64,000 nucleotides of DNA from Camelus ferus (lineage: Eukaryota). Under the pieces are notes generated by a model. That model saw only the letters and a list, made by a program, of their open reading frames with translations. It was not told the DNA's origin and ran no database searches. Shown piece after piece: positions 50,533-62,960 of this stretch; the first letter of the stretch is position 1, and every line of letters starts with the position of its first letter. The position numbers and the translations under genes were made by a program. The stretch lies in contig NC_045697.1 of the NCBI RefSeq assembly GCF_009834535.1, forward strand, positions 8,434,001-8,498,000, written 5' to 3'.

Positions 50533-53209
50533 CAAAATAGAAATACAGAATATCATACGAGAATATTATGAAAAACTATATGGAACCAAACTGGATAACC
50601 TAGAGGAGATGGACAAGTTTCTGGAAATATACTGTCCACCAAAACTGAATCAAGAAGAATCTGAACACTTGAACAATCCGATCACTAGAAAGGAAATAGA
50701 AATAGCAATTAAAAACCTCCCTACAAGTAAAAGTCCAGGACCGGACGGCTTCACGGGGGAATTCTACCAAACATACAAAGAAGAACTCATACCAGTCCTT
50801 CTCAAACTCTTCCAGACGATTAAAAAGGAGGGAATACTCCCAAACTCATTCTATGAAGCCACCATCACCCTGATACCAAAACCAGGCAAAGACACTACAA
50901 AAAAAGAGAATTATAGGCCAATATCACTGATGAACATAGACGCCAAAATCCTCACCAAAATTTTAGCAAATAGAATCCAACAACACATAAAAAAGATTAT
51001 ACATCATGACCAAGTGGGGTTCATCCCAGGGACACAAGGCTGGTTCAACGTACGCAAATCAATCAGTGTAATACATCACATCAACAAGAGAAAGGACAAA
51101 AACCACATGATCATCTCAATCGATGCAGAAAAAGCATTTGATAAAATTCAACACCCATTTATGATAAAAACTCTCGCCAAAGTGGGTATAGAGGGAACAT
51201 ATCTCAACATAATAAAAGCTATATATGACAAACCTACAGCCAGCATAGTACTCAACGGTGAAAAACTCAAAAGCTTCCCACTAAAATCTGGGACAAGACA
51301 AGGATGCCCACTATCACCACTCCTATTCAACATAGTCCTGGAAGTCCTAGCCACAGCAGTCAGGCAAGAGAAAGAAATAAAAGGGATCCAAATTGGAAAA
51401 GAAGAGGTAAAAGTGTCATTATATGCTGATGACATGTTACTATATATAGAAAACCCTAAAAGGTCCACACAAAAGCTACTAGAGCTGATTGAAGAATTCA
51501 GCAAGGTAGCAGGTTACAAAATTAACGTTCAAAAATCAGTTGCATTTCTTTACACTAACGATAAATCAACAGAAGAAGAAAGTAAAGAAACAATCCCCTT
51601 TAAAATAGCACCCAAAGTAATAAAATATCTGGGAATAAATCTAACCAAGGAGGTGAAAGAATTATACACAGGAAACTATAAACCATTGATGAAGGAAATT
51701 AAAGAAGACTTTTAAAAATGGAAAGATATTCCATGCTCTTGGATTGGAAGAATCAATATTGTTAAAATGGTCACACTGCCCAAGGCAATCTACAGATTTA
51801 ATGCAATCCCTATCCAATTACCCAGGACATATTTCACAGAACTAGAAAAAATCATAATAAAATTCATATGGAACCATCAAAGACCTAGAATTGCCAAAGC
51901 ATTACTGAAGAGAAAGAAAGAGGCTGGAGGAATAACTCTCCCAGACTTCAGACAATACTATAGAGCTACAGTCATCAAGACAGCATGGTATTGGTACCAA
52001 AACAGACATATAGACCAATGGAACAGAATAGAGAGCCCAGAAATGAACCCACAAACTTTTGGTCAACTCATCTTTGACAAAGGAGGCAAGAATATACATT
52101 GGAATAAAGACAGTCTCTTCAGCAAATGGTGTTGGGAAAACTGGACAGCAGCATGTAAAACAATGATGCTAGAAGACCATATACAAAATAGAAAATATTT
52201 TTCAGAATATTTGAAGAGGGCTTTTGTTCAAGAATAATCTTCTTGAATATAATAATCTCTATCCCTTACACCATATACAAAAATCAACTCAAAATGGATT
52301 AAAGACTTAAACATAAGACAAGATACAATAAACCTCCTAGAGGAAAACATAGGCAAAACATTATCTGACATACATTTAAAAAATTTTCTCCTAGAAGAAA
52401 TAAAAGCAAGAATAAACAAATGGGACCTAATGAAACTTACAAGCTTCTGCACAGCAAAGGAAACCAGAAATAAAACAAGAAGAAAACCTACGGAATGGGA
52501 GAAAATTTTTGCAAGTGAAACCGACAAGGGCTTGATCTCCAGAATATATAAGCAGCTCATACGACTCAATAAGAAAAAAATAAACAACCCAATCCAAAAA
52601 TGGGCAGAAGACCTAAACAAGCGATTCTCCAAGGAAGACATACAAATGATCAAAAAGCACATGAAAAAATGCTCAATATCACTAATTATCAGAGAAATGC
52701 AAATCAAAACTACAATGAGGTATCACCCCACACCAGTCAGAATGGCCATCATTCAAAAATCCACAAATGACAAATGCTGGAGAGGCTGTGGAGAAAGGGG
52801 AACCCTCCTACACTGCTGGTGGGAACGCAGTTTGGTGCAGCCACTATGGAAAACAATGTGGAGATTCCTCAAAAGACTAGGAATAGACTTACCATATGAC
52901 CCAGGAATCCCACTCCTGGGCTTGTATCCAGAAGGGTATCTACTTCAGGATGACACCTGCACCCCAATGTTCACAGCAGCACTATTTACAATAGCCAAAA
53001 CATGGAAACAGCCTAAATGTCCATCAACAGGTGACTGGATAAAGAAGATGTGGTATATTTATACAATGGAATACTACTCAGCCATAAAAACCGACAACAT
53101 AATGCCATTTGCAGCAACATGGATGCTCCTGGAGAATGTCATTCTAAGTGAAGTAAGCCAGAAAGAGAAAGAAAAATACCATATGAGATCACTCATATGT
53201 GGAATCTAA
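50533..53209 (+). pseudogene. L1 ORF2p (RT plus C-terminal domain; endonuclease lost by 5' truncation)
   Basis: ORFs 50609-51715, 51767-52237 and 52430-53209 are all in one frame. Motifs PGPDGFT, QGCPLSP, YADD (51422-51433) and CWRGC..HCWWER. Broken by a TAA at 51713-51715 and by stops inside the 52175-52261 insertion. Confidence 0.95.
52188..52242 (+). repeat. Exact 55-bp direct duplicate of 50473-50527 (L1 5' flank plus part of the TSD) inside L1 ORF2
   Basis: ATAGAAAATATTTTTCAGAATATTTGAAGAGGGCTTTTGTTCAAGAATAATCTTC is present at both positions. Confidence 0.97.
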
Positions 53210-53627
53210 AAAACAAAAACAAAAACAAACAAACAAACAAAAACAAAGCGTAAATAAAGGACAGAAATAGACTCACAGACAGAGAATACAGACTTGTGGT
53301 TACCAGGGGGGTGGAGGGTGGGAAGGGATAGACTGGGATTTCAAAATTGTAGAATAGACTACACTGTATAGCACAGGGAAATATACACAAAATGTTATGA
53401 TAACTCACAGAGAAGAAAATGTGACAATGAGTGTGTATATGTCCATGAATAACTGAAAAATTGTGCTGAACACTGGAATTTGACACAACATTGTAAAATG
53501 ATTATAAATCAATAAAAAATGTTAAAAAAAAAAAAAAGAATAATCTTCCAAGATCCTCAAGGACTTGTACTACGTCATATTTACTTTTATTATCCCAATG
53601 ACTGCTGCTCTGAAGATTGTGGAAAAA

Positions 53628-53685
53628 GTGGTTGGATGGATGGATAGATGGAAGGGTGGATGGATGAGAGGATGGATGGATGGAT
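53628..53685. repeat. (TGGA)n microsatellite
   Basis: Direct inspection. Confidence 0.85.
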
Positions 53686-55916
53686 AAAAGACTGAATTAA
53701 TTAATGAGAAATAAGCACAGTGATAAATTTTATGGTAGGAGTGGCATTATATGTAGGCAGAGTTACTGGCAATTTACATATTCAATGTCAGCACTAAATG
53801 TGTGCCTCTCTCTAGAGTCCCTGATTACTGGAATTCCTATCACATGGAACAATGTAATTCATTCAATAGTAAAGAATAAGATTGAAAGTACAAATACTTT
53901 GAAGAATTCTCCAATGAATTTTGATTGCTGAAAACAGGAACAAGAAGACATGAATTCATACTAAGATGTAAATGATTGGTCCTGGGTCATTTCCTGACAG
54001 AGTGTAGGGATAGGAAAGGAAGGCAGAGGATGAAGTCTGAGTTTGTTAACTCCTTCCATTCCATCAGAAGCTTCAGTCTTCCACCAAGAATTACCTTACC
54101 ATTCAAATATTCACTTTCTTTTAAAAATAGATCCCAGGGAAGAAATGAAGAATCTTGTCCTCATCATCTGTCTCACCACTCACTCACTTAAACACCCCTC
54201 TTTACTAACCAGGCCAGCCTGTCTTTATCCATAATCCACGGACATCCCCACCTCACTGTCTCATCTTCATCTTCCCCCCCTCCTATGGTGCTCTCCCCAC
54301 CCCATCAGGGAGATGGGAATCCTTTAAAATCTTTCAAAATCCTGCCTCATCTTCTCAGCAAGCTCTCCCTCCTAAAATTCCCACAGTCACAGAAGCAACA
54401 CCAAAGCCCATTTTCCCCATTCAGTCTTAACTATGTATCATAGTCCTGGCTCTTTGGTCTAGGTTGTAAGTTCAGTAATCTTTTCCCAGTTACCATAATC
54501 ATAATCATAATCATCTACATGCATTGAGCATGCCCTTTATTCTCAGAACCTGGATTTGGCACACATTATATCTCATTATAAGAGGTAAAAATTTCCATGC
54601 CTGTTTCGTAGACAAAGAACCCAAAGATCAGGAAGGGTAAAATACAAGCCAAATAAATGTCCCTTGCCTTCAATTCCAGCTCTTCTAATTCTTACTCATC
54701 CCTCCTTCCCCTACTCAGTACAGCTACTGAAAAAAGATGATATTTTGCTTTATCATTAGACATTATATTTAAAATGGTAGCTCAATTTGTTTAAAACCTC
54801 CATAAATGCTTTTTATAATAGGTGTAGAGTATTCCACAGACTACATATGTATTAGATTTTATTTAACCCTTATTATTGGATGTGAAGTTTGCAGCTTTGC
54901 TTTTAAAATTATAAGGAGCACGACTATGAAAAATTGTAGGGTTTCTTTTCCTTATTTTACATTATTTTCTTATAATAAATTTCTAGGAGCAGGATTATCA
55001 TGTCAAAACACATGAATGTTTTATGACTCGGAATACACATTATCAATGTGCAGTGACATGCACTAACATACACGGCTGCCAGCAATGCTTTATACAATCC
55101 CAAGTCATAGTCCCCAGCAGCAAGGAGCATGATCATTTTGCCTCCTTATAACTAGTGAAGTCAAACACCGTCTGCTAATCTATCTGATGTGAATTATTTC
55201 ATGTACCTCTTGGTATTCAGATTGCATTTTTATTCATTTGCACTAGTTCTTCATAACATGGTGTATATCCTGTGCTGGGCATACTGTCTGTGCTCCACCT
55301 AAATCCATTCAGATAATTATACTGATTTTGGCATCAAATACTTGATGATCACCCACAATGTGTCACCATGCTGGCATTGGGGACACCCAAATGAAGAAGA
55401 CACGGCTTCAAGAAACCTGGAGACAACAAAAAAGAGATCTGATGTTTGGCACTGTGGGGTAAACTCTGAATTCCAACTACAAGATATTTCTCTCCAAAAT
55501 GGGGAGATGGAGAATGAGAAGGATCACGATTTGGACATGGCAGGGGCAGCCAGGGAGTGTCCTAGGGCTTCAGAAGAGGCAGAGAAGGGAGAGTTTCTGG
55601 GCATCTTCATGGAAGGTGCACGGTTTAAGCTGGGCCTGAGGAACAGTAGGATTTGTGGATAAGCAGAGAGGCGGGATTTCTGGTTAAGTTGCCTTGTGAA
55701 TCAAAGCCCAGAGCTGACATCACAGCTGAAAAAGCAAGTTCAGTGAGCGGAGGGGTGGTGGGTGCATCTGGGAAACATTTTCTGCATGAGGACCCAAGAG
55801 ACATTTGTTTGTTCACCGAGAAGTCTGGCCACTATCACAGGGGTCCAGAAAACAAGACCACTCGGATGAAAGTGGTATCTCTTTTCCAGAAGTTTCTCCT
55901 TGTGAAGGCTGCCAAA

Positions 55917-56134
55917 GGGGCCAAGGAGGAGGGTACAGCTCAGTGGCAGAGTGTGTGCTTAGCATGCACGAGATCCTGGGTTCAATCCCAGTACTCCATT
56001 AAAGTTACATTAATTAATTAATTAACCTAACTGCCTCCACCCACCCCCCAAAAAAATATTTAAAAAAAAAACAGAAGCAGTGAATGACAGTTTGGAACAG
56101 AAAAAAATAAGATAATTAGGAAAAAAAAAAAAAA
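55917..56134 (+). mobile_element. Camelid tRNA-derived SINE with an extended 3' tail
   Basis: GAGGGTACAGCTCAGTGGCAGAG..GGGTTCAATCCC; candidate TSD AAGGCTGCCAAA (55905-55916) / AAAGCTGCTAAA (56135-56146). Confidence 0.85.
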
Positions 56135-59100
56135 AAAGCTGCTAAACTGACAGCATCTTTAACCAACCAACGAGGGGGCCGATTAAATTCTGATCCTGAA
56201 TGTTCTTAGTGTGCCAAATGTAGTCTTTCCCCAAGGCCTGGTTGCTTGGACCCAGGAACTAAAAGGGATTCTTCTGCTGAGACAGGGGAGGGTTTTACAA
56301 AGACATGAGGATAAACTGCCTCGCCCTCCAAGTCCTTTGTAAAGTGGGTAAGTCACGGAGTTGTTCAAAGCAGTTCCCTGTTTAATAAGCACCAGCGGGT
56401 TATCCATAATCTGAGGCCAGCAAAGTCTCCCTACCAGATTGGATTAATTCAGTTAAATAATCTTACTTGCATTTCTCAGTGGATTCCTTAAATCCAGCCT
56501 GAGAGTCCTGTCTGAGCATCAGGAGGGAAACTGCATCCATTGTCCTGCATCCCCAGTGCTGAGTGTTAAGACATCTTACTCTCAGGAAATGGCCCCATGT
56601 CCACAATGATAGATGTCAAAGGATCAACCAACAGTGATAATGGTGAAATCTCTAGAATTGAGCAGAAAACTGTTCCTAAGCTACCAAAGCAAGGTTCCAC
56701 AGAGTCTACCACAGACTACTAGGATCATAGATGACTAGTCTTCAACAGAATGCTCGTTAACTGGACTAAAGACTCAGGATCCAGAGTTACAAGATCCCTC
56801 ACCCATCTCCTGGTCACCAGGCAGGCCTTGGAGCATCTGCTTAGCATCACACTCCTGCCCAACTCCAGGCCTTGGATACAGTGATGGACCTGATGGCAGA
56901 GCCCAGGAGTCCCGACCCCTCAGCACCAGCCACCCTTTGCTGTTTCTCAAACACACGACCCACCTCTAGGTCTTTGCATTAACTGTTCCTCCAACCTGGA
57001 ATGCTCTTTCCCTAGACACTGCTCCAATGCTGCTTCCTCCCAGCAGGCTTCCCTGACTAACTTGTATAAAATAGCAACCTTTCACCCTCCTCTTAGCATG
57101 TGAGACTTTCTTCCTAGCACTTATAACCACCTGAAATGCTAACCAGAGTTAAGCTCCATGACATCAGGGATCTGTCTTGTCTGTCTGCTGCTATGGTAAG
57201 CCTTCGATGATGATTTATTAAGTAAGTTACTCAACTTTCACAGAGCTCTAAGGAGTCCCTATAGGCTAGGCCTTGAACCACACTTTGTAAGCTGTCATCC
57301 TTAGATCCTAGAGACAAATTTTACCCCTTTGAGTCTCTCAGGTCTACTTTATCAAGACAGCTTGGCTCCTCTATCATGCCTGGAGCCCCAGAGGAGGATT
57401 TAGTGACATTATGGACCCCAGGAGAAGACGACACACTGATCTTATGCAAACCTCTCAGAAAACTGACCATCAGAGAGTTTAGCTACTGCCCAGTGTCCCA
57501 CAGGCACTATGTGAGTAGCCGCTGGGACAAAGGACCCTGGTTTCCTAACTCCCATTGCACGTCTCACCCAACACACCATCCTTTCTCCCGTTGCTGCAAA
57601 TCTGCCCAAATTTCAAAAGCAAGGAGCATGTCCTTCTAATAGGAGACTTTTTTTAAAGGAGGCAGGCAAAACGAAGAGGAAGACCACATGTTGAATGAGG
57701 AAGAAATGCAAGACCTTGCCATCACAATCAATTGTGGGGCGGATACCCTGGGAATGGAGAGATTTAGGTGGCCCCAGTCTTTGCAACTCCTGGACAGTCT
57801 GTCCAAGACCTTGCCAATCCCAGGGCACCACAGGCAAACCACAGCAACAGTGGCCAGCAGGACCAACCACATCCGACCCTGACCTGGGTCTGAACACGTG
57901 CACCAGGACTGAAAGAAAGAACATCGAGGGGGCAGGTAAAGGAAAAAGAAAGGCCCCAGAGAAGAGGGAGGGAGGCCAGTTAGGAAATGAGCCAAGAATA
58001 TGACGGACACAAGAAAACATAATAGACACGGAAACCTGGCAGAAGGAAAAAAAAATGGCAAAGAAAAGCAAGTTGGTGAAAAATAAACGCCATCCAAAAA
58101 CACAACAAAACATTTTTTAAAAGTTTATTTTACCTAGAATTAATGACAGGAAAACCCCATAAACGTGGTGCAAAATGTTTAATGCCCCATTGAATGCCAA
58201 CATTATGCCATTCATCTGTCCTTGCAGGTGTATTATTTCTAGCCCCCAGGATGAAAAGAAAAGTTGCTTTCCACATCTTTTATAGTACTTAAAAATACAT
58301 ATTTCCAGGGCTTTATGGCCAAAGGTCCCGCTTTCTTCCAGAACCCACAATAACTAATCATGTTACTGCCACCGAGTCTCGGAACTGGAATTAATAGTTG
58401 GTGGGAGGGTTTGCTCCCATCCTATGAGTGATCTTTGCTTTAACGACCCTGAGAGTTAGTGATTTCTCCTAAATATTTATTTCTCCCTGAGGGAAAGATT
58501 TCTCTCTGCCCTCAATAGTCACAATTCCCGATCTGTTTTTCTTCTATTTGTCCACTTAGAGTTTTTGCTGGAATCAATTTTATTAATTTCCTTCTGAAAA
58601 TTAGCAAGTCAGAGTAACTCACAGGGAGCTTTTTCCTCTCTACGATGTGAATCAACCACCCTCCACTTTCCCGGGTTTTCCCCCAACACTAGGTCACCAA
58701 GGCTGAGATTTACCCTAGTTTTCCTTCAGAACTTCTCTTCAAGTTAAAAAAAAAAAAAAAAGGAAAAAAATTTAAGGTGAGACAGAGAAAGCCAGAGAAG
58801 AAAGGAAGGAAGGAGAGAAAGGGAGAAAGAAAGGGAGAAAAATTTTAAACTCATCTTTTAAAATACTGCAATTTAAACACTGCAATTAACAGCTATGCCT
58901 TCACCACTTTTCTAAAGGGTGCCCCCTTTAGATTCAGGAGACCTCGTTTATAGTAAAAGACATTATCCAACATTTCCTCAGCATCTCTTCCGTCCGCCAT
59001 CAAATTGACTGTTAGGCAAAACTTCTGGTATTGTCAGCCTTCTTCAAGGATTCACCTTCAAATTACAGGATTAAGTAAACCACCATCAAAATTAGGTTTC

Positions 59101-59499
59101 AAAGCCCGCAGCCACTACCAGACCCATGGCCCCCTGAGCTTGCTAAGTCACTTAAACTTTCTGCGTGGACAGATTCCCCCTCTGCAAAATGAGGTGCTAG
59201 ACCAGATCGTCTCCAAGATCCTTTTAAACTGTTCTACCCTGCTTGTATACTCTTTCTCAGCTCAGTGATTTTCATTTTACTTTATGAGAACACAATATTC
59301 ATCAATTCTTCAGGGACTCTACCTCGCAATTTTGAAAGTCAAAAAATGAAAGGAAATAAAATAACAAAGGCTTTGGTCACCATGGAACCTGTTCCCAGAA
59401 CTAGGGATGCACTTAGAGGCGTTCTGCGGCCCGAGGTGTTCTCATTGGCTGCTCTGGTGGCAGCCGGCTTGTTAACTGACTTTTATCATTTGTTTTCAC

Positions 59500-60760
59500 A
59501 ACAATCTTGAGACTCCTTAGAGCAAATTGAAATGGCAAAGCATGTTCTCCAACTGGCAGCTGGGAAATCCAGATCTCAGGCCCCAGACGAAAGGCTGACT
59601 CCCTAATTCCAGCCTGATGATGGGAACGAGTTATCAGGAGGTTAAGTGAGTTATGCAGTTGGACAGAGCCAGCCGGCGTCTGCGACAGGATTCTGGACAC
59701 AGAGCACTTGCCACTTCGGACAGCGTTCAATTCTCCCAGCCGCATTTCTTCCCTGAATGCTTTTTAATCTGGCAGGATCCACAAATAAAGGAAATTGTGG
59801 TTTTCACATCATGATGGAGATTATTTTTCCATTGTGAATAATAAAAACAGAGTAACCCATTCGTAGCTTCAAAATGTTCCCCTTCCAGCCCATGTTGTTT
59901 ATTCCTCCGGCTTTCAACAGCTTTTACTTCAAGATGTCAGTTTTGAACATGTTTGCATAATTCTGCATTTTATTTCGGGATTCTCTGTCATAACCATTCA
60001 TTTCCCCCCACCGGCTAAGCTGTTGAAAAAGAAAACTGTGTTTCGAGGCCAGTCCAATCCTACAATTTAAAAGCTGGCAGGATCCGTCTTCCTTTTCTCC
60101 CCTGGGAGGATTAATTTGCTTCTTTTTTATTCTCCAAGTTTTATGATTCCAAATAAAGGCTATAATGGTGCCATTGAGAGTTGGGGAAATGTGGAAGATA
60201 AATAGCCTATGTGGGAACCGCTTAAAATGAGAATCGAAGTTTTGGGGAAGGAGGCGGGAAGAGTGGAGACGTTTTTTATCATGTGAGTGTGGCCTGTTAA
60301 TGATAAAGGAAATTTCCTCCTTCTAACGAGCCTTGCCTTTATAGACTGAAGTGAGAGCGAATGGCTCCATTTGTATCATAAATGTAAAGAGGCTGAAATC
60401 GTACTCCCAAGAATGTAATATGTTTAATTTTGAAGTTAGGGGAACAGCGTTAAAATTTGACTTTTTTTTTCTGGGTCCTCCAATACGGAGCCTGGGCTTT
60501 TAATCTTGATTTTTTTGCCTGAACACTGGAACATTTTAGAAACATGCTAAAATCATCTGCGGGAAACTAATTGACCAAGGGAAGTCATTTGAATAAATTC
60601 TTTTGGTGGAGTTCACCTTAATTAGCTCCCAACTGGGTGGGAGCCATCTCCATTAATCCCATTATTTCAAGAGCCCAATTCATCATCAAAGAACTGTTCT
60701 TAAGGGCCCTCTGGAATTCTGCAAAATAAATTGGGCAAATGTTATTAACCTCCAGGAGCT
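59500..60760. promoter_or_regulatory. Candidate conserved non-coding element / enhancer
   Basis: Repeat-free and AT-rich with retained CpGs; TTTTATGA (60139), TCATAAA (60376), multiple TAATT sites, duplicated CTGGCAGGATCC. Inference. Confidence 0.45.
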
Positions 60761-60999
60761 TATAATTAAGGTCAGTGCAGTAGACATTCACGGACCAGGC
60801 ACTGTGTACAAAGCACTGGGGTGCCAGGGCCGAGCAGGGCATGGGTCCTCCCTGCAGAGCACAGAGACAGTGGGACAGGAAGAATGTGTCCCTTCATTAC
60901 TCTACAGACACGCTGTGAGTCTAGGACCCCAGGAGGGGTTCACACTGCTACAAACGTCTCACAGCACGGCTACATACAACTGGCCCTAAAACAGTAAGA

Positions 61000-61745
61000 A
61001 ACACCACACTGATTTGATGCACATCTGATCACATGACACTGTTGCTTACACACTCTTTTAGCATCCCCACCTATGCTGACTGCAGCCTAATCCGTTACCC
61101 CTGACCTTCAGAACCCTACACACCCTGAGCCCAACCTAGTTCTCTTACCAGATTTCCTACATCCCTCCTTGGCTCATACCCTTCTGGTCTCCCAGCTGCT
61201 TGGTGTTTCTCAACCAATCCAACCTTACCCTGCCCTCGGGCCATCTCTCCAAATGGAACAGCTGCTTCTAAAACACATGGCTACTGCTTCCGGGCCCCAT
61301 CTCAGCTCAGGGCTGCCTCCTCGGGGAGGTCTTCCCTGCCCACCCACCTTAAATCCGGCTTCCTCTCCACCACCACTCTCCTCCCCCATCACCCTGTTTT
61401 ACCTTCTTCATAGCATTTATTATGCTCAAAAGTTATCAGGGATGGGCAGAGTGTATAGCTTAGTGGTAGAGTACATGCCTAGCATGCAGGAGGTCCTAGT
61501 ACCTCCATTTAAATAGATAAATAAACCTAATTACCTCCCCCCGCCCCGAAAAAAAATAAAAACAAAAAAAATTGTCTAAGTTATCATGGTTATTAATTAA
61601 TTTACTTATTTATCATTTGTCTCTCCCTTTGCCCTACCCTACAATGTTAGCTCCACAAAAACAGGGAATTTTCTGAGTTATTGACTACAACATCCCCTGC
61701 ACCAGGGCAGTGCCAGGCGCTCACTTAACATTAGGTGAAGGAATG
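61000..61745 (+). mobile_element. L2 3' region (interrupted by a SINE)
   Basis: CCCTGTTTTACCTTCTTCATAGCATTTAT...AATGTTAGCTCCAC..CAGGGAATTTT...CAGTGCCAGGCGCTCA..GAAGGAATGAA. Confidence 0.7.
61439..61577 (+). mobile_element. Camelid tRNA-derived SINE lacking its B box
   Basis: TSD AAGTTATCA at 61430-61438 and 61578-61586; GAGGTCCT is joined directly to AGTACCTCC. Confidence 0.9.
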
Positions 61746-62199
61746 AAAGAATCAATCAATCAATGAAAAGAAAAAGATCAACAATAGGTCGTCATCAGCA
61801 GGGTGGGAGATGGGGAGCCAAGAACAGACACAGAAGTGAAGGTAGGTTGCAAGGTAGAGCGTATGGGTGCTTGCAGGGAACTAACAGAAATATGACTTAG
61901 TAGGGACGCTGTGGCTCTGAAAGCCACAATTCACTCTCCAAACTTCCAGAGAGCTGGCTTCTAAGAATCAAAGTTCAAGCTGGTAAAGCATTTGGGGGTG
62001 TCTGCCTCCCCTCCCCATCCCTCAAAATGTGCACCGCTGATAAAGGGCATGTATCTCACCCGTATTTTCCTAATGCATCCAACAAATATTTGCTGAAATG
62101 TTGCTCCCTCCAGGGATAGATCCCCAATCTCTAGTGCCAAGTTTTACAATCTTCTCACAGAGGAAAGAGACCTTCTACACAAACGGAAAGCCCTGAAAA

Positions 62200-62960
62200 G
62201 AACCACTTGTTCCTTCCTAAGCATGAGCAAGAGAGGCTATCACTTTAAAAATGTGTGGTTTCTGTCCTGGTCGCTGTGGTGGACAAGCCCATCTTTAAAT
62301 GTATCCAAAAATGTCAGCTGTCACATTTAAGGGCAGACATCCAGCCCCAGCCGCCCCACAAAGGTGGGCATGTTATCAAAAGGCCATCACAGAGCACTTA
62401 ATGGACCTCCAGTCCTAAGTAAACACGGCAGGGGGACACGGGGTGCCGCCCCACATCCCGGTTGTTTGTGTGTTCCTGTCAGACTAGTCAATTTCATTGG
62501 CCTACGACGTTACATTTACTTCTTGGAATATGAGATTGCCCAGATCTGCCTTCGTGGGTGCTGGTGGCTTAAATGGGAATGGTTTAATGAATCTCGAGTC
62601 AGATCCTGTGTATAAAGTCCACATCGCAAGGGGATAGCCGGGCCTCTGCTCAGCACAGGAAGATTTATCTTCGCTGGGTTAGACTGTGACCCCCTGCCCC
62701 CTCACCCTCCTTTCACACCAATAACAACTCTATCTCGCTCCCTAAAGGGCCCACGGGATCTTATTGGAGGCCCTTTAAAATCTGGAGCCAGATTATTCTT
62801 CAAGTGTCTAAATGATGTTTTAATTGCACTGGTCACAGTGAGGTGCCACTTTAACTCTTTCAGTGGAAAGTGAATGATTTTACAAAGATGTGCTGAATTA
62901 GGAAGAATTCATGGTCTTTGTCTTTGACACCGAAGTCCAAACGCCTGGCGGGCCTGAGCG
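62200..62960. promoter_or_regulatory. Candidate conserved non-coding element / enhancer
   Basis: Repeat-free; TGTCAGCTGTCA (62312-62323), TAATGG/TAATTG/CATTGG motifs, CpG retention. Inference. Confidence 0.4.

Larger units (their letters stand above)
50533..53535 (+). mobile_element. Young 5'-truncated LINE-1 (~3.0 kb) with perfect 18-bp TSD
   Basis: TSD AAGAATAATCTTCCAAGA at 50515-50532 and 53536-53553; AATAAA at 53511; poly(A) from 53524; nick site 5'-TCTT/GA-3' (variant L1 endonuclease site); nearly undecayed ORF2. Confidence 0.97.

Noticed and set aside
50609..51715. 368-aa ORF as a functional gene
   Set aside because: It is a fragment of 5'-truncated L1 ORF2 with no promoter or endonuclease domain and with premature stops.
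57640..57882. Acidic ORF (NEEEDHMLNEEEMQDL…) as a coding exon
   Set aside because: No recognisable homology and weak splice signals; overlapping ORFs in several frames reflect purine-rich composition. A lncRNA exon cannot be excluded without RNA data.
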